A DNA stretch of 64,000 nt from Vogesella amnigena. Its GTDB lineage: Bacteria; Pseudomonadota; Gammaproteobacteria; Burkholderiales; Chromobacteriaceae. Below the pieces are notes generated by a model, which did no database searches, was not told where the DNA came from, and worked only from the letters and a program-made list of their open reading frames with translations. The translations under genes were made by a program, and so were the position numbers. The stretch covers positions 107,657-171,656 of the forward strand of contig NZ_JBHRYH010000021.1 in assembly GCF_042648905.1 (NCBI RefSeq), given 5' to 3'. Shown here in pieces: positions 10,152-20,945 of the stretch. Within the stretch, counting starts at the first letter, position 1. Every line of letters begins with the position of its first letter.

Positions 10152-10331
10152 TTACTCCGGCTGGTAGACGTAGGGCTTCTGCGCTACGCGCGATGCCTTC
10201 CAGCGCGCCAGATCGTCCAGATCCTGCGGGCGATCCCACCAGGTCAGACGCAGCTCACGGCGCTCGGCATCCACTTCCGGATGCTTGGCCAGGTAATCGT
10301 TCATGAATTGGGTGAAATCGGACTGGTACAT
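10152..10331 (-). CDS. small DUF3460-family protein (about 59 aa)
   Basis: MYQSDFTQFMNDYLAKHPEVDAERRELRLTWWDRPQDLDDL...KPYVYQPE. Below the ORF-track length cut-off. High GC3. Located by hand, so the ends are approximate. Confidence 0.5.
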   Translation of the reverse strand: MYQSDFTQFMNDYLAKHPEVDAERRELRLTWWDRPQDLDDLARWKASRVAQKPYVYQPE

Positions 10332-10395
10332 CTGAATACTCCCGGTAAAAGATGGCGGCGATTGTACTGCAAAAGCACCCGGCCAGGCAGCAGCT

Positions 10396-11328
10396 TCAAT
10401 GCCGGATAGCGTTAGCCGATGCGGATTGCCGCGTCAGCCATGCGGCCTGCGCCTGCAACAGCTGCTGCCGTTGCTGGCGCAACATGCCAAAACGCTGATA
10501 GCTGAAGATGCTCACCAGCAGGGCCAGCAACAGGCAGGATAGCAATAGCCACAACCGCGGCGAATGCATTTCCGCCCAGCCGATCCGGCGAGTCAGCTCC
10601 AGCTGCAACAGGAAAGGGCCACTGCGAATCTCGGTATGGGCATACAGCTGGGTAGGCGTGCGGGTCAGGTAGCCCTCGGCCTGCCAGCCAAGACGCAAGC
10701 TGGTTGCCGGCAGGGTTGGCAACATGCCGCTCGGCGGCAGCCACAACGCCAGCACGGAGCCATCCGTACCGGGCAGTAGCAGTAAATGGGTGGCGGTACT
10801 ACCGTGCTCCTGCCACGGCAGCACTACCGCCTGCCCGATGGCCAGCTGCGGCAGCAGCGCCGCCACTGCCGGGTACTCGGCAAGATCCGGCGGCAGTGCT
10901 GCACCGTCTGCTGCCAGCGCGGGGAAGGCCACGCTCAGCGGCAGACCATGATTGCGCACGTCGCGGCGCAGCAAGGCCACCCGCTGCAGCAGGGGGAAAT
11001 CCGCGCGCAGCTTGTTCATGTAGTGGCCAGGGTCCGTGCCGGCTTCCATCTGCTGCAAACGGGAAATATCCAGCAGCAACTGCTGGGCCGCCTGCTGCAA
11101 CCGCCCCAGCCTGTCCCGCATCTGCACGGCTATCTGCCTGGCATCCTCGTCCAGCGTGCCTTGCATGCTCGCCCGCTCATAGGCCAGCAACCAGCTGCCA
11201 CCCAGCAGCACCAGCAACAGCCAGAACAGCAGCAGCGCCAGCAGCAGACCCTGCTGCGGCCAACGTTGCCGCCAGCCACTCACAGCTGGAACTCCTGCTT
11301 CTGGTGCTGGGAGATCAGCACCCGCCAT
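10396..11328 (-). CDS. membrane protein with two TM helices flanking a periplasmic domain of about 200 aa (sensor-like). No kinase or other output domain.
   Basis: N-terminal TM (LLLALLLFWLLLVLL) and C-terminal TM (LWLLLSCLLLALLVSIF). The start is uncertain (ATG at 11328, or GTG immediately after the upstream stop). Overlaps the 3' end of the response-regulator gene. Confidence 0.5.
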   Translation of the reverse strand: MAGADLPAPEAGVPAVSGWRQRWPQQGLLLALLLFWLLLVLLGGSWLLAYERASMQGTLDEDARQIAVQMRDRLGRLQQAAQQLLLDISRLQQMEAGTDPGHYMNKLRADFPLLQRVALLRRDVRNHGLPLSVAFPALAADGAALPPDLAEYPAVAALLPQLAIGQAVVLPWQEHGSTATHLLLLPGTDGSVLALWLPPSGMLPTLPATSLRLGWQAEGYLTRTPTQLYAHTEIRSGPFLLQLELTRRIGWAEMHSPRLWLLLSCLLLALLVSIFSYQRFGMLRQQRQQLLQAQAAWLTRQSASANAIRH

Positions 11329-12983
11329 GCCTGCAGCAGCTTCTGGAACTTGCTGTTGGCCGGGTCGAGTTCACGCACTTTCTGCAGCAACTGGTGCGCC
11401 TGGCGCACATGGCTCTCGTTCCAGCCATGGCGGTGGGTCTGCGCGATCACCGCGTTCACCAGGTTAAGCATCAGCTGCGTGTTCTGCGGCATTTCCTCCA
11501 GCGCCTGCTGGAACAGGGCGATGGCGCGATCGTGCTCGCCCATCTGCGCCATGTGCACCGCCTGGTTGTTGAGGTTGACGATGTCCTGCACGCTGCTGGC
11601 AATCAGCTGGCGACCGGCATCGCCCTGCCCCACCTGGTCGAACATGGCGGACAGCTTCTGCAGCAGATCCTGGTTGTCGTGATGGTTACGCACCATGTCG
11701 CGCGCCACCTGGTCGCCCAGCTCCTTCTGGCCCTGGGTGTAGCAGGCGCGGGCGAACTCCAGCTTCTGGTCGTCGCTGAGCTTGCCCAGCTGCCCCAGCC
11801 GGTCGGCAGCGGACTGCAGCAGGCGCGCGGCAGCCTGCTTGTTGCCGCTGCTGTTCTGGATGGCGCTGTCCACCACGTCCGCCATCCACTCGCCTTCCTG
11901 GTTGTACTTGTAGTCGCGGCGCAGCGATGCCAGCGTGCGCGCCGCCTCGGCCTTTTCACCACAGGCCAGCTGGGTGCGCACCAGCGCCGAGTATTGCGAC
12001 GGGTTGCGGTGCCAGCTGGACTTGGCCAGGTTCAATACCGTGCTGTAGGCACTGCGCGCCTGCAACAGGTCGCCATTTTCTTCTGCCACCTCGGCCAGCA
12101 CCTGGTGCCGGCGCACGGTGGCCGGCGCCAGCTCGGTGGCACGCTTGAGGATTTCCTGCGCCCGGGAGAGGTCGTGGTTGTCCTGGTACAGCCGGGCCAG
12201 CCAGTCGTAAGCCTCCATCACCCGGTCGTTTTCCACGATCACCTGCTCGAACATGGCCAGTGCCGGCTCCACCTGCTTCTGCCCGGCCAGGGCCTTGGCC
12301 ATGCCCAGCCGTGCCCACGGCATCTCCTTCACCTGCAGTACCTGCTTGTACAGCGCCTGCGCGCTGTCGTAGTCGCCGATCTTCAGCGCCAGGCTGCCCT
12401 TGAGCTTCATGAAATCCAGCGCGAACTCGCCGCGCTCGGTGATTTTCTTGTTGCAGGCTTCGATGGCACCCAGGTAGTCGTGGCTCATCAGCGCATCGTC
12501 CACCACCTTGAAAGCCTCGCGGCGGCGCATCGCCATTTCCAGCCGACGGCCCAGCTCCACGCCGGTGAACGGCTTGAGCAGGTAGCCGTCCGGTGCCAGC
12601 TCCGCCGCCGAGATCACCTTGGCCGCACGACGCTCGCCACTGACGATCATGAACACGCAGGACTGCTTGAGCAGATTGCGCTCCTTGGCTTCCTCGTACA
12701 GGTACAGGCCATCGTTGCCGGTACCCAGATCGTAGTCGCACAGCACCACGTCGAAGTCGTAACGCATCAGCTTGACCAGCGCATCGCTGGGCTTGCCGGC
12801 GTATTCCACCTTCTCGGCGCCAAAGGAGTTCAGCGTCATCGCCATGGCGCGCTGCATTTCCGGCACGCTGTCCACCACCAGGTACATTTTCTTGGCAAAC
12901 GGGTTGCCGTACTCGACACGACCGGCCTCACGCTGCCCGGTGATGGCGTGAAAGGTGGTGGATTCGCGTGGCTGCTGGCTCAT
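11280..12983 (-). CDS. response regulator receiver domain fused to a long TPR-repeat domain (no DNA-binding or enzymatic output)
   Basis: Receiver (REC) motifs LVVDS ... VVLCDYDLG ... GYLLKPF, followed by multiple TPR-like helices. Start set at the ATG (MSQQ...); the track ORF begins at a TTG. Confidence 0.8.
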   Translation of the reverse strand: MSQQPRESTTFHAITGQREAGRVEYGNPFAKKMYLVVDSVPEMQRAMAMTLNSFGAEKVEYAGKPSDALVKLMRYDFDVVLCDYDLGTGNDGLYLYEEAKERNLLKQSCVFMIVSGERRAAKVISAAELAPDGYLLKPFTGVELGRRLEMAMRRREAFKVVDDALMSHDYLGAIEACNKKITERGEFALDFMKLKGSLALKIGDYDSAQALYKQVLQVKEMPWARLGMAKALAGQKQVEPALAMFEQVIVENDRVMEAYDWLARLYQDNHDLSRAQEILKRATELAPATVRRHQVLAEVAEENGDLLQARSAYSTVLNLAKSSWHRNPSQYSALVRTQLACGEKAEAARTLASLRRDYKYNQEGEWMADVVDSAIQNSSGNKQAAARLLQSAADRLGQLGKLSDDQKLEFARACYTQGQKELGDQVARDMVRNHHDNQDLLQKLSAMFDQVGQGDAGRQLIASSVQDIVNLNNQAVHMAQMGEHDRAIALFQQALEEMPQNTQLMLNLVNAVIAQTHRHGWNESHVRQAHQLLQKVRELDPANSKFQKLLQAWRVLISQHQKQEFQL

Positions 12984-13013
12984 CTTGCTTCTCGTCAATA
13001 GGGGTTGGCTGCC

Positions 13014-15164
<2,151 letters not shown>

Positions 15165-15248
15165 GGGGCACAGGCGGGTAGAGAAACAATCGTTGCATTC
15201 TACACCAGCGCCACTGCCCCCCTGCGGCCAACCTTGGTGGCTATCGAC

Positions 15249-15818
15249 TCAAGCCAGCAGTGCCAGCGCCACCTCGCTGCCTATCACCTGCGCATACTCG
15301 CCATGCAGATTGGCCAGCGCCATGGCATGCACCTCCTGTGCGCTGCGCGGCACGCCGTCGAAATCCGTTTTGGCGTAGGCGTAACAGCCATCTGCCACCA
15401 CCAGGGTATCGAAGCCGAGATTGCCGGCGCTGCGGGCACAAGCCTCCACCGAGTTATTGGTGCTGACCCCGGTAATGACGATGCGCTGGATGCCGCGCAC
15501 GCGCAGCCAGCGCTCCAGCTGGCTGTGGGTGAAAACATCCGGCACGTTCTTTTCCTGCACATGCTCGCCCGGCAGCGGCTGCAGCTCCGGCTGGAACTCG
15601 GCGCCATCCTGCCCCGGCCAGAAAGGCGAGCCGGGTGTCAGCGACATATGCCGCACATGTACCACGGTTTGCCCGGCCGCCCGCCATGCGCTCAGCAGAC
15701 GCAGGATGGTCGCCTCGGCCTGCGGGTTGTTGCGCGACTCGGCCGGCATGCGACGCATGCCCTGCTGCATGTCGATGATGATGAGGGCGACCGGTGAAGA
15801 GGAAACGGGAGCAAGCAT
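15249..15818 (-). CDS. isochorismatase-family cysteine hydrolase
   Basis: ALIIIDMQ ... VTGVSTNNSVEACARSA isochorismatase fold signature. Confidence 0.85.
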   Translation of the reverse strand: MLAPVSSSPVALIIIDMQQGMRRMPAESRNNPQAEATILRLLSAWRAAGQTVVHVRHMSLTPGSPFWPGQDGAEFQPELQPLPGEHVQEKNVPDVFTHSQLERWLRVRGIQRIVITGVSTNNSVEACARSAGNLGFDTLVVADGCYAYAKTDFDGVPRSAQEVHAMALANLHGEYAQVIGSEVALALLA

Positions 15819-15906
15819 GGCAACTATCCGCTAGGAACGAATGGCCATACTAGCAAGCATGCAGGCTTGCAGTTATCGATTTAACCGTTAAACCGACATC
15901 CGGAGC

Positions 15907-16137
15907 CTAGTGCGCATGAAACAGGCCGCGATGCCCGGCTGTGCCGTCATCTGCAACTCGCCGCTTGCCGGCGCGCAGCTTGTCCCATGCTTTTTCGTGA
16001 AAATAGTAGGCCACGGTATTGACCATGGGCTCCACCAGCGCCAGCAGGCTTGCCACGCCGAAACTGCCAGTGAGCAGATAGGCCACACTGAATGCCACGC
16101 TGAAATGGCAGATGGCGAAGGTGATGGTCTTGATCAT
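15907..16137 (-). CDS. DUF2061-family small membrane protein
   Basis: MIKTITFAICHFSVAFSVAYLLTG...EPMVNTVAYYFHEKAW matches the DUF2061 pattern. Start trimmed to the internal ATG. Confidence 0.6.
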   Translation of the reverse strand: MIKTITFAICHFSVAFSVAYLLTGSFGVASLLALVEPMVNTVAYYFHEKAWDKLRAGKRRVADDGTAGHRGLFHAH

Positions 16138-16292
16138 GGCTGGCTCCCGGCATATGGCTATCGAACTTGTTGCAATGATAGCCGCCACCGCTCAATAGTG
16201 AAAATTGAAGGGTTTTAGCGGTGCGATAGTCATAATGCTTTCGCATCAGCACAAAGGGCGAGCCTTGCGGCCCGCCCTTTGGCTTCCCTATC

Positions 16293-16318
16293 GCCTGCGG
16301 CCAACCTTGGCTGCAGCC
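16293..16318. repeat. REP-like palindrome CTGCGGCCAACCTTGGCTGCAG
   Basis: Member of the window-wide TGCGGCCAAC...GTTGGCCGCA palindrome family. Intergenic. Confidence 0.7.
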
Positions 16319-16320
16319 AT

Positions 16321-16459
16321 AAAAAACCCCGGTTTCCAATCAAGCTAATTCGCGGCGAGACAAGGCGCGAACGGAAAATCCCGACGCCACATAGATTTGC
16401 TATGTAAGGAGGGATTTTTCGTGAGCAACGCAGTATCGCAACGAAAGCGGGCGTTTTTC
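16321..16459. repeat. Copy A of a roughly 125-bp duplicated intergenic element, immediately 3' of the 2OG oxygenase stop
   Basis: Shares GCGAGACAAGGCGCGAAC ... GTAAGGAG ... TTTTTCGTGAGCAACGCAGTATCG ... ACGAAAGCGGG with copy B. On the + strand it carries an SD plus a GTG mini-ORF. On the - strand it carries a TTGCTC-N16-TACATA promoter-like motif. Confidence 0.7.
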
Positions 16460-17302
16460 TTACATCTTCACGCCCAGCTCGCGCAGACGCTCGCTCAGAT
16501 AGGCGCCGGCGGTGTAGCGCTCGGACAGCACCACCTCGTCACGCGGGTGCAGGAACAGCGGTAGCGACACCCGGCTCTTGCTGGCGCCCTCGCCAGTGGG
16601 GTTCACCACCCGGTGCTGGGTGGACGGGTAGTAGCCGCGCGAAGCCTCGCACAGCATGTCGCCGATATTGATGATCAGCATGCCGAAATCGCACGGCACA
16701 TCCACCCAGTTGCCGTTCATGTCCTGCACTTGTAGGCCCGGCTCGTTGGCCGCCGGCAGGATGGTGAGCAGGTTGATGTCGCCGTGCGCAGCGGCCCGCA
16801 GCGAGCCGGCCGGTTCGTTGCCGGTCAGCGGCGGGTAGCGCAGCACACGCAGCAGGGTCTTGTTGCTGCCCTTGATCATGTTCGACAGCGGCTCGCTGTA
16901 ATGCTGCGCGATGTCGGCCGGGGTGTACTGCTCCACCCAGCCCAGCAGCTCCTGCGCCAGGGTGTTGGCGGTGTCGTAGTAGCGCATGGCGTCGTCTTTC
17001 AGCTGCGCCGGGATGCGCCCCCACGGGTAGATGTGGAAGTATTCCTTGATGTCCTTCTGGGTGTGACCCTTGGCTGTTTCGGAGATCTCCGGCGAGAAGT
17101 AGCCATCCTGCTTTTCCACCGAGAAGGCAAAGTCGTGCTTCTGCTCGCTGCCGAAGAAGGCCAGCCAGTCGCGGTAGATCTTTTCCACCAGATTCTGCGG
17201 AATGGGGTGGTTCACCAGCACGCCGAAGCCGGTTTCGTGCAGCGAGCGGGTGAACTGTTCGGCCGCATCGGCGGCGCGGTAATCGACTACGCGTACGTTC
17301 AT
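16460..17302 (-). CDS. 2-oxoglutarate/Fe(II)-dependent oxygenase (isopenicillin-N-synthase-like family)
   Basis: 280 aa. HGD...H facial triad region (AAHGDINLLTIL; STQHRVVNP). DIOX_N-like N-terminus. Confidence 0.85.
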   Translation of the reverse strand: MNVRVVDYRAADAAEQFTRSLHETGFGVLVNHPIPQNLVEKIYRDWLAFFGSEQKHDFAFSVEKQDGYFSPEISETAKGHTQKDIKEYFHIYPWGRIPAQLKDDAMRYYDTANTLAQELLGWVEQYTPADIAQHYSEPLSNMIKGSNKTLLRVLRYPPLTGNEPAGSLRAAAHGDINLLTILPAANEPGLQVQDMNGNWVDVPCDFGMLIINIGDMLCEASRGYYPSTQHRVVNPTGEGASKSRVSLPLFLHPRDEVVLSERYTAGAYLSERLRELGVKM

Positions 17303-17643
17303 GATGTCTATCCTGTAGCTGGCGGCAGGCCCGTGGGTACGGACATGCGAAGGCGGCGGATTCTACGCGCTGCCACCTCGCAAGAAAAGTACCCGATATG
17401 ACTTTCCATTGGCATTTTAATGTTGCTACACCACTGGTAATGGCACTTTTCAGCAATATGGCATAGTTGGCTGTTTTTGCTTGGCTTTCCGTCGAAACGG
17501 CCGGCACAGCCGCGCCAGACAAGGTCTGCACGCCATACCATACACAACACCATTGGCATTTTTGTTGCCCGCCACAGGCAAGAAAAAAGCCGTGCAGCGT
17601 TGGCCGCACGGCTTGTTGCCCACCGCGTCAGTTCGGGGTACCT

Positions 17644-17768
17644 CGAAAAACCCTGATTTCTAAGCGAGACAAGGCGCGAACAAAAAATTTCGACGCAGCA
17701 TATGGCTGATATGTAAGGAGAAATTTTTTGTGAGCAACGCAGTATCGTGACGAAAGCGGGAGCTTTTC
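17644..17768. repeat. Copy B of the roughly 125-bp duplicated element, immediately 3' of the cysE stop, followed by a minus-strand terminator hairpin
   Basis: See copy A. The embedded mini-ORF here is VSNAVS-stop. A minus-strand Rho-independent terminator (gccgtgc...gcacggc + T-tract) lies at about 17585-17626. Confidence 0.7.
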
Positions 17769-17775
17769 GAGCCCA

Positions 17776-18558
17776 TCAGACGCGCTGATCCATGTCTAGT
17801 GCCGGCGTGCCCGGACAAAGCTGCGCCACCACCTTGGCCGGAACGCCCACCACCGTGGTATGCGCCGGCACGTCGTCCAGCACCACGCTGCCAGCGCCCA
17901 CCTTGGCGCACTCGCCCACGCGGATATTGCCCAGTACCGAGGCGCCGGCGCCCAGCATCACGCCATCGCCAATCTTGGGATGACGGTCGCCGCGCTCCTT
18001 GCCGGAACCGCCGAGGGTGACACCGTGCAGCATCGACACGTTGTTGCCGATCACCGCGGTCTCGCCCACCACCACGCCAGTGCCATGGTCGAGCATGACA
18101 CCGTGGCCGATTCTGGCCGCCGGGTGAATATCGGCGCCCATTACCTCGGAGATGCGATTCTGCAGAAAATACGCCAGTGTCTTTCTGCCCTGCTGCCACA
18201 GCCAGTGGGTGATGCGCTGGCTCTGGATGGCATGAAAGCCCTTGAAATACAGCAGCGGCGTGGAATAGCTGTCGCAGGCCGGGTCGCGCTCGAAGCAGGC
18301 GGTAATGTCGGCGCGCGCGGCCTCGATGATGCCGCTGTCGGCGGCATAGGCCTCGCGGAACAATTCCAGCAGCGCACGGGCGTCCATCACCGGGCTGGCA
18401 AGTTTGCTGGAGAGGTGAAACGCCAGCACGTCTTCCAGCGTGCCGTGGCGCAGCACCGTCATGTGCAGGAAGCTGGCCAGCAGCGGTTCGTCACGCGCCG
18501 CCTGCTCTGCTTCCTGGAGAATCGAGGACCACAGTGGGTCGCTGTTTACTTCTGTCAT
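17776..18558 (-). CDS. cysE: serine O-acetyltransferase
   Basis: Colinear with E. coli CysE (STPLLYFKGFHA...DIHPAA.IG.G.MLDH.TG.VVGETAVI; hexapeptide repeats). AGGAG RBS 9 nt before the chosen ATG (MTEVNSD). Confidence 0.9.
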   Translation of the reverse strand: MTEVNSDPLWSSILQEAEQAARDEPLLASFLHMTVLRHGTLEDVLAFHLSSKLASPVMDARALLELFREAYAADSGIIEAARADITACFERDPACDSYSTPLLYFKGFHAIQSQRITHWLWQQGRKTLAYFLQNRISEVMGADIHPAARIGHGVMLDHGTGVVVGETAVIGNNVSMLHGVTLGGSGKERGDRHPKIGDGVMLGAGASVLGNIRVGECAKVGAGSVVLDDVPAHTTVVGVPAKVVAQLCPGTPALDMDQRV

Positions 18559-18693
18559 GCCTACTACTCCTGATACTTGCGGCCAACCCAAGCCAAGCAA
18601 CTTGGGCGCGCCGGCCAGGGACTCGGGATGAGAAACCAGGTACGGACAACGATTCCCTACCCTCTAATCTCTAGCCCCTAATATCCCTGATCT

Positions 18694-20157
18694 CTACAAC
18701 AACACAACGTCGAACTGTTCCTGGCTGTAGCTGGTTTCCACCGACAGCGAAATCGGCTTGCCGATGAAGTCGATCAGCATCGCCAGGCTTTGCGATTCCT
18801 CGTCCAGCAGCATGTCGATCACGTTCTGCGAACCGAGGATGCGGAAGCCCTTGGCATCGAAACGGCGCGTTTCGCGCACGATCTCGCGCTGGATCTCGTA
18901 ACACACTGTCTGCGCGGTCTTGATTTCGCCGCGGCCCTGGCAGGTAGGGCACGGCTCGCACAGCACGTGTGCCAGGCTTTCGCGGGTACGCTTGCGGGTG
19001 ATTTCCACCAGCCCCAGGCTGGTGAAGCCGTTCAGCGTCACGCGGGTGCGGTCACGCGCCAGCGCCTTGGCCAGCTCGGTCAGCACCGCGCTGCGGTGTT
19101 CCTCGCTGTCCATGTCGATGAAATCGACAATGATGATGCCGCCCAGGTTGCGCAAGCGTAGCTGGCGCGCCAGCGACAGCGTGGCTTCCAGGTTGGTCTT
19201 GAAGATGGTTTCGTCGAAGTTGCGGTTGCCGACAAAACCACCGGTGTTCACGTCGATGGTGGTCATCGCCTCGGTCTGGTCGATGATCAGGTAACCGCCG
19301 AACTTCAGGTTGACGCGGCGCGACAGCGCCTTGTCGATCTCGGTCTCGATGCCGTGCAGTTCGAACAGCGGACGCTCGCCGCTGTAGCGCTCGATCTTGG
19401 CCACCGCCGACTGCACATAGGCCTCGGCGAACTCCACCATCTTGCCGTAGTTCTCGGTGGAATCGACGATCACCTTCTCGGTGTAGTCGCTCACCATGTC
19501 GCGCAGCACGCGCACCGCCAGCGGCAGGTCTTCGTACAGCAGGCTCTGCGCCGGCAGATGCTGCGACTTGTGGCGGATATCGGCCCACAGTTTGGACAGG
19601 TAATCGATATCGGCAGTCAGCTCTTCGTCAGTGGCAGTCTCGGCACTGGTCCGGATGATGTAGCCGCGCGGCGCACCGGCCGGCAGCAGCTTTTCCAGCC
19701 GCGACTTCAGGCTGAGTCGGTCGGCCTCCTGCTCGATCTTCTGCGAGATGCCGATGTGTTCTTCCTGCGGCAGGTGCACCAGGAAACGCCCGGCCAGGCT
19801 GATCTGGGTGGACAGCCGCGCACCCTTGGTGCCGATCGGGTCCTTGATCACCTGCACCAGCACGGTCTGGCCTTCGAACAGCATCTTCTCGATGCGCTGC
19901 GGCTCGGACGGGTGCTGGCGCTGTTCCAGCACATCGGCGATGTGCAGGAAGGCGGCGCGCTCCAGGCCGATCTCGATGAAGGCGCTCTGCATGCCGGGCA
20001 GCACGCGCTTGACCTGGCCCAGGTAGATATTGCCGACAATGCCACGGCTGGCGGAGCGCTCGATGTGCAGCTCCTGCACGATGGCGTCTTCCAGCACCGC
20101 CACCCGCGTCTCCTGCGGCGTGATGTTGACGAGAATCTGCTCTTTTGGCCGCGGCAT
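18694..20157 (-). CDS. rng: ribonuclease G (RNase E/G family, S1 + catalytic domain)
   Basis: Near-colinear with E. coli Rng (LVNITPQETRVA ... GGYLIIDQTEAMTTIDVNTG ... CPTCQGRG). Start trimmed to MPRPKEQ. Confidence 0.9.
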   Translation of the reverse strand: MPRPKEQILVNITPQETRVAVLEDAIVQELHIERSASRGIVGNIYLGQVKRVLPGMQSAFIEIGLERAAFLHIADVLEQRQHPSEPQRIEKMLFEGQTVLVQVIKDPIGTKGARLSTQISLAGRFLVHLPQEEHIGISQKIEQEADRLSLKSRLEKLLPAGAPRGYIIRTSAETATDEELTADIDYLSKLWADIRHKSQHLPAQSLLYEDLPLAVRVLRDMVSDYTEKVIVDSTENYGKMVEFAEAYVQSAVAKIERYSGERPLFELHGIETEIDKALSRRVNLKFGGYLIIDQTEAMTTIDVNTGGFVGNRNFDETIFKTNLEATLSLARQLRLRNLGGIIIVDFIDMDSEEHRSAVLTELAKALARDRTRVTLNGFTSLGLVEITRKRTRESLAHVLCEPCPTCQGRGEIKTAQTVCYEIQREIVRETRRFDAKGFRILGSQNVIDMLLDEESQSLAMLIDFIGKPISLSVETSYSQEQFDVVLL

Positions 20158-20213
20158 ATCGCGCGGCAACGGAATCGGTTGTTGCAGCATGGCAAGCTCC
20201 GGTGAACTGTGTA

Positions 20214-20810
20214 TCAGGGCAGTTGGAAACCGAACTTGCCGAGAAGTTGTGCTGTTTCATAAACAGGCAGCCCCACCACGCCGGTGTAGCTGCCTTCGAT
20301 GCGGGCGACGAATACCGCGGCCTTGCCCTGGATACCATAGGCACCGGCCTTGTCGAACGGCTCGCGGCTGTCGATATAGCGCTGGATTTCATCTTCGCCC
20401 AGCGGCTTGAACGTGACGTCGGTAATGCTGGTGGCCAGTTGCACCTCATCACCAAGGCGCATCGCCACGCTGGTCACCACCTGGTGGCTGCGGCCGGAAA
20501 ACGCCTGCAGCATGCGGCGGGCGTCGTCGGCATCGGCCGGCTTGCCGAAGATCTCGCCATCCTGCACCACGGTGGTATCGGCGGCCAGCAGCGGGAACGG
20601 CGGCAGGCCGCAATCGCTCACCACCTTCCAGCCAGCGGCGGCCTTCTCGCGCGCCAGGCGCTCGGTGTAGGCCACGGCGGCTTCGCCGGGCAGTACCGAC
20701 TCGTCGATGTCGGCGTGGATGCGTTCCAGGTGCAGGCCAAGGCCTTCGAGAATCTCGCGGCGGCGCGGGCTGCCGGAAGCCAGGTACAGACGGGACGGGT
20801 TGTCACTCAT
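20214..20810 (-). CDS. maf: Maf nucleoside-triphosphate pyrophosphatase (septum formation protein Maf)
   Basis: LYLASGSPRRREIL ... conserved Maf core. Classical maf-rng adjacency. Start trimmed to MSDNPSR. Confidence 0.85.
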   Translation of the reverse strand: MSDNPSRLYLASGSPRRREILEGLGLHLERIHADIDESVLPGEAAVAYTERLAREKAAAGWKVVSDCGLPPFPLLAADTTVVQDGEIFGKPADADDARRMLQAFSGRSHQVVTSVAMRLGDEVQLATSITDVTFKPLGEDEIQRYIDSREPFDKAGAYGIQGKAAVFVARIEGSYTGVVGLPVYETAQLLGKFGFQLP

Positions 20811-20900
20811 GGTTAAACAATCGCAAGCTTGAATATCAGTCGCCGGCAAGATTACCAGAGCATGGCAACGGCGGATATGCCGCCACTTGAGGCAAGGCAA

Positions 20901-20937
20901 GGTTGGCCGCAGACTGCGCCAGCATGCGGCCAACCCA
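20901..20937. repeat. pair of REP-like half-sites (GGTTGGCCGCAG ... CATGCGGCCAACCC)
   Basis: Inverted REP halves in the maf-bdh intergenic space. Confidence 0.6.
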
Positions 20938-20945
20938 GGATGGAC

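Noticed and set aside
17405-17445. Sigma54-like TGGCAT/TGGCAC motifs upstream of the oxygenase gene, and a similar one upstream of the GS-family gene (about 44540-44560)
   Set aside because: The GG-to-GC spacing is 9 or 12 nt rather than the required 10. The first motif is also on the wrong strand for the adjacent gene.
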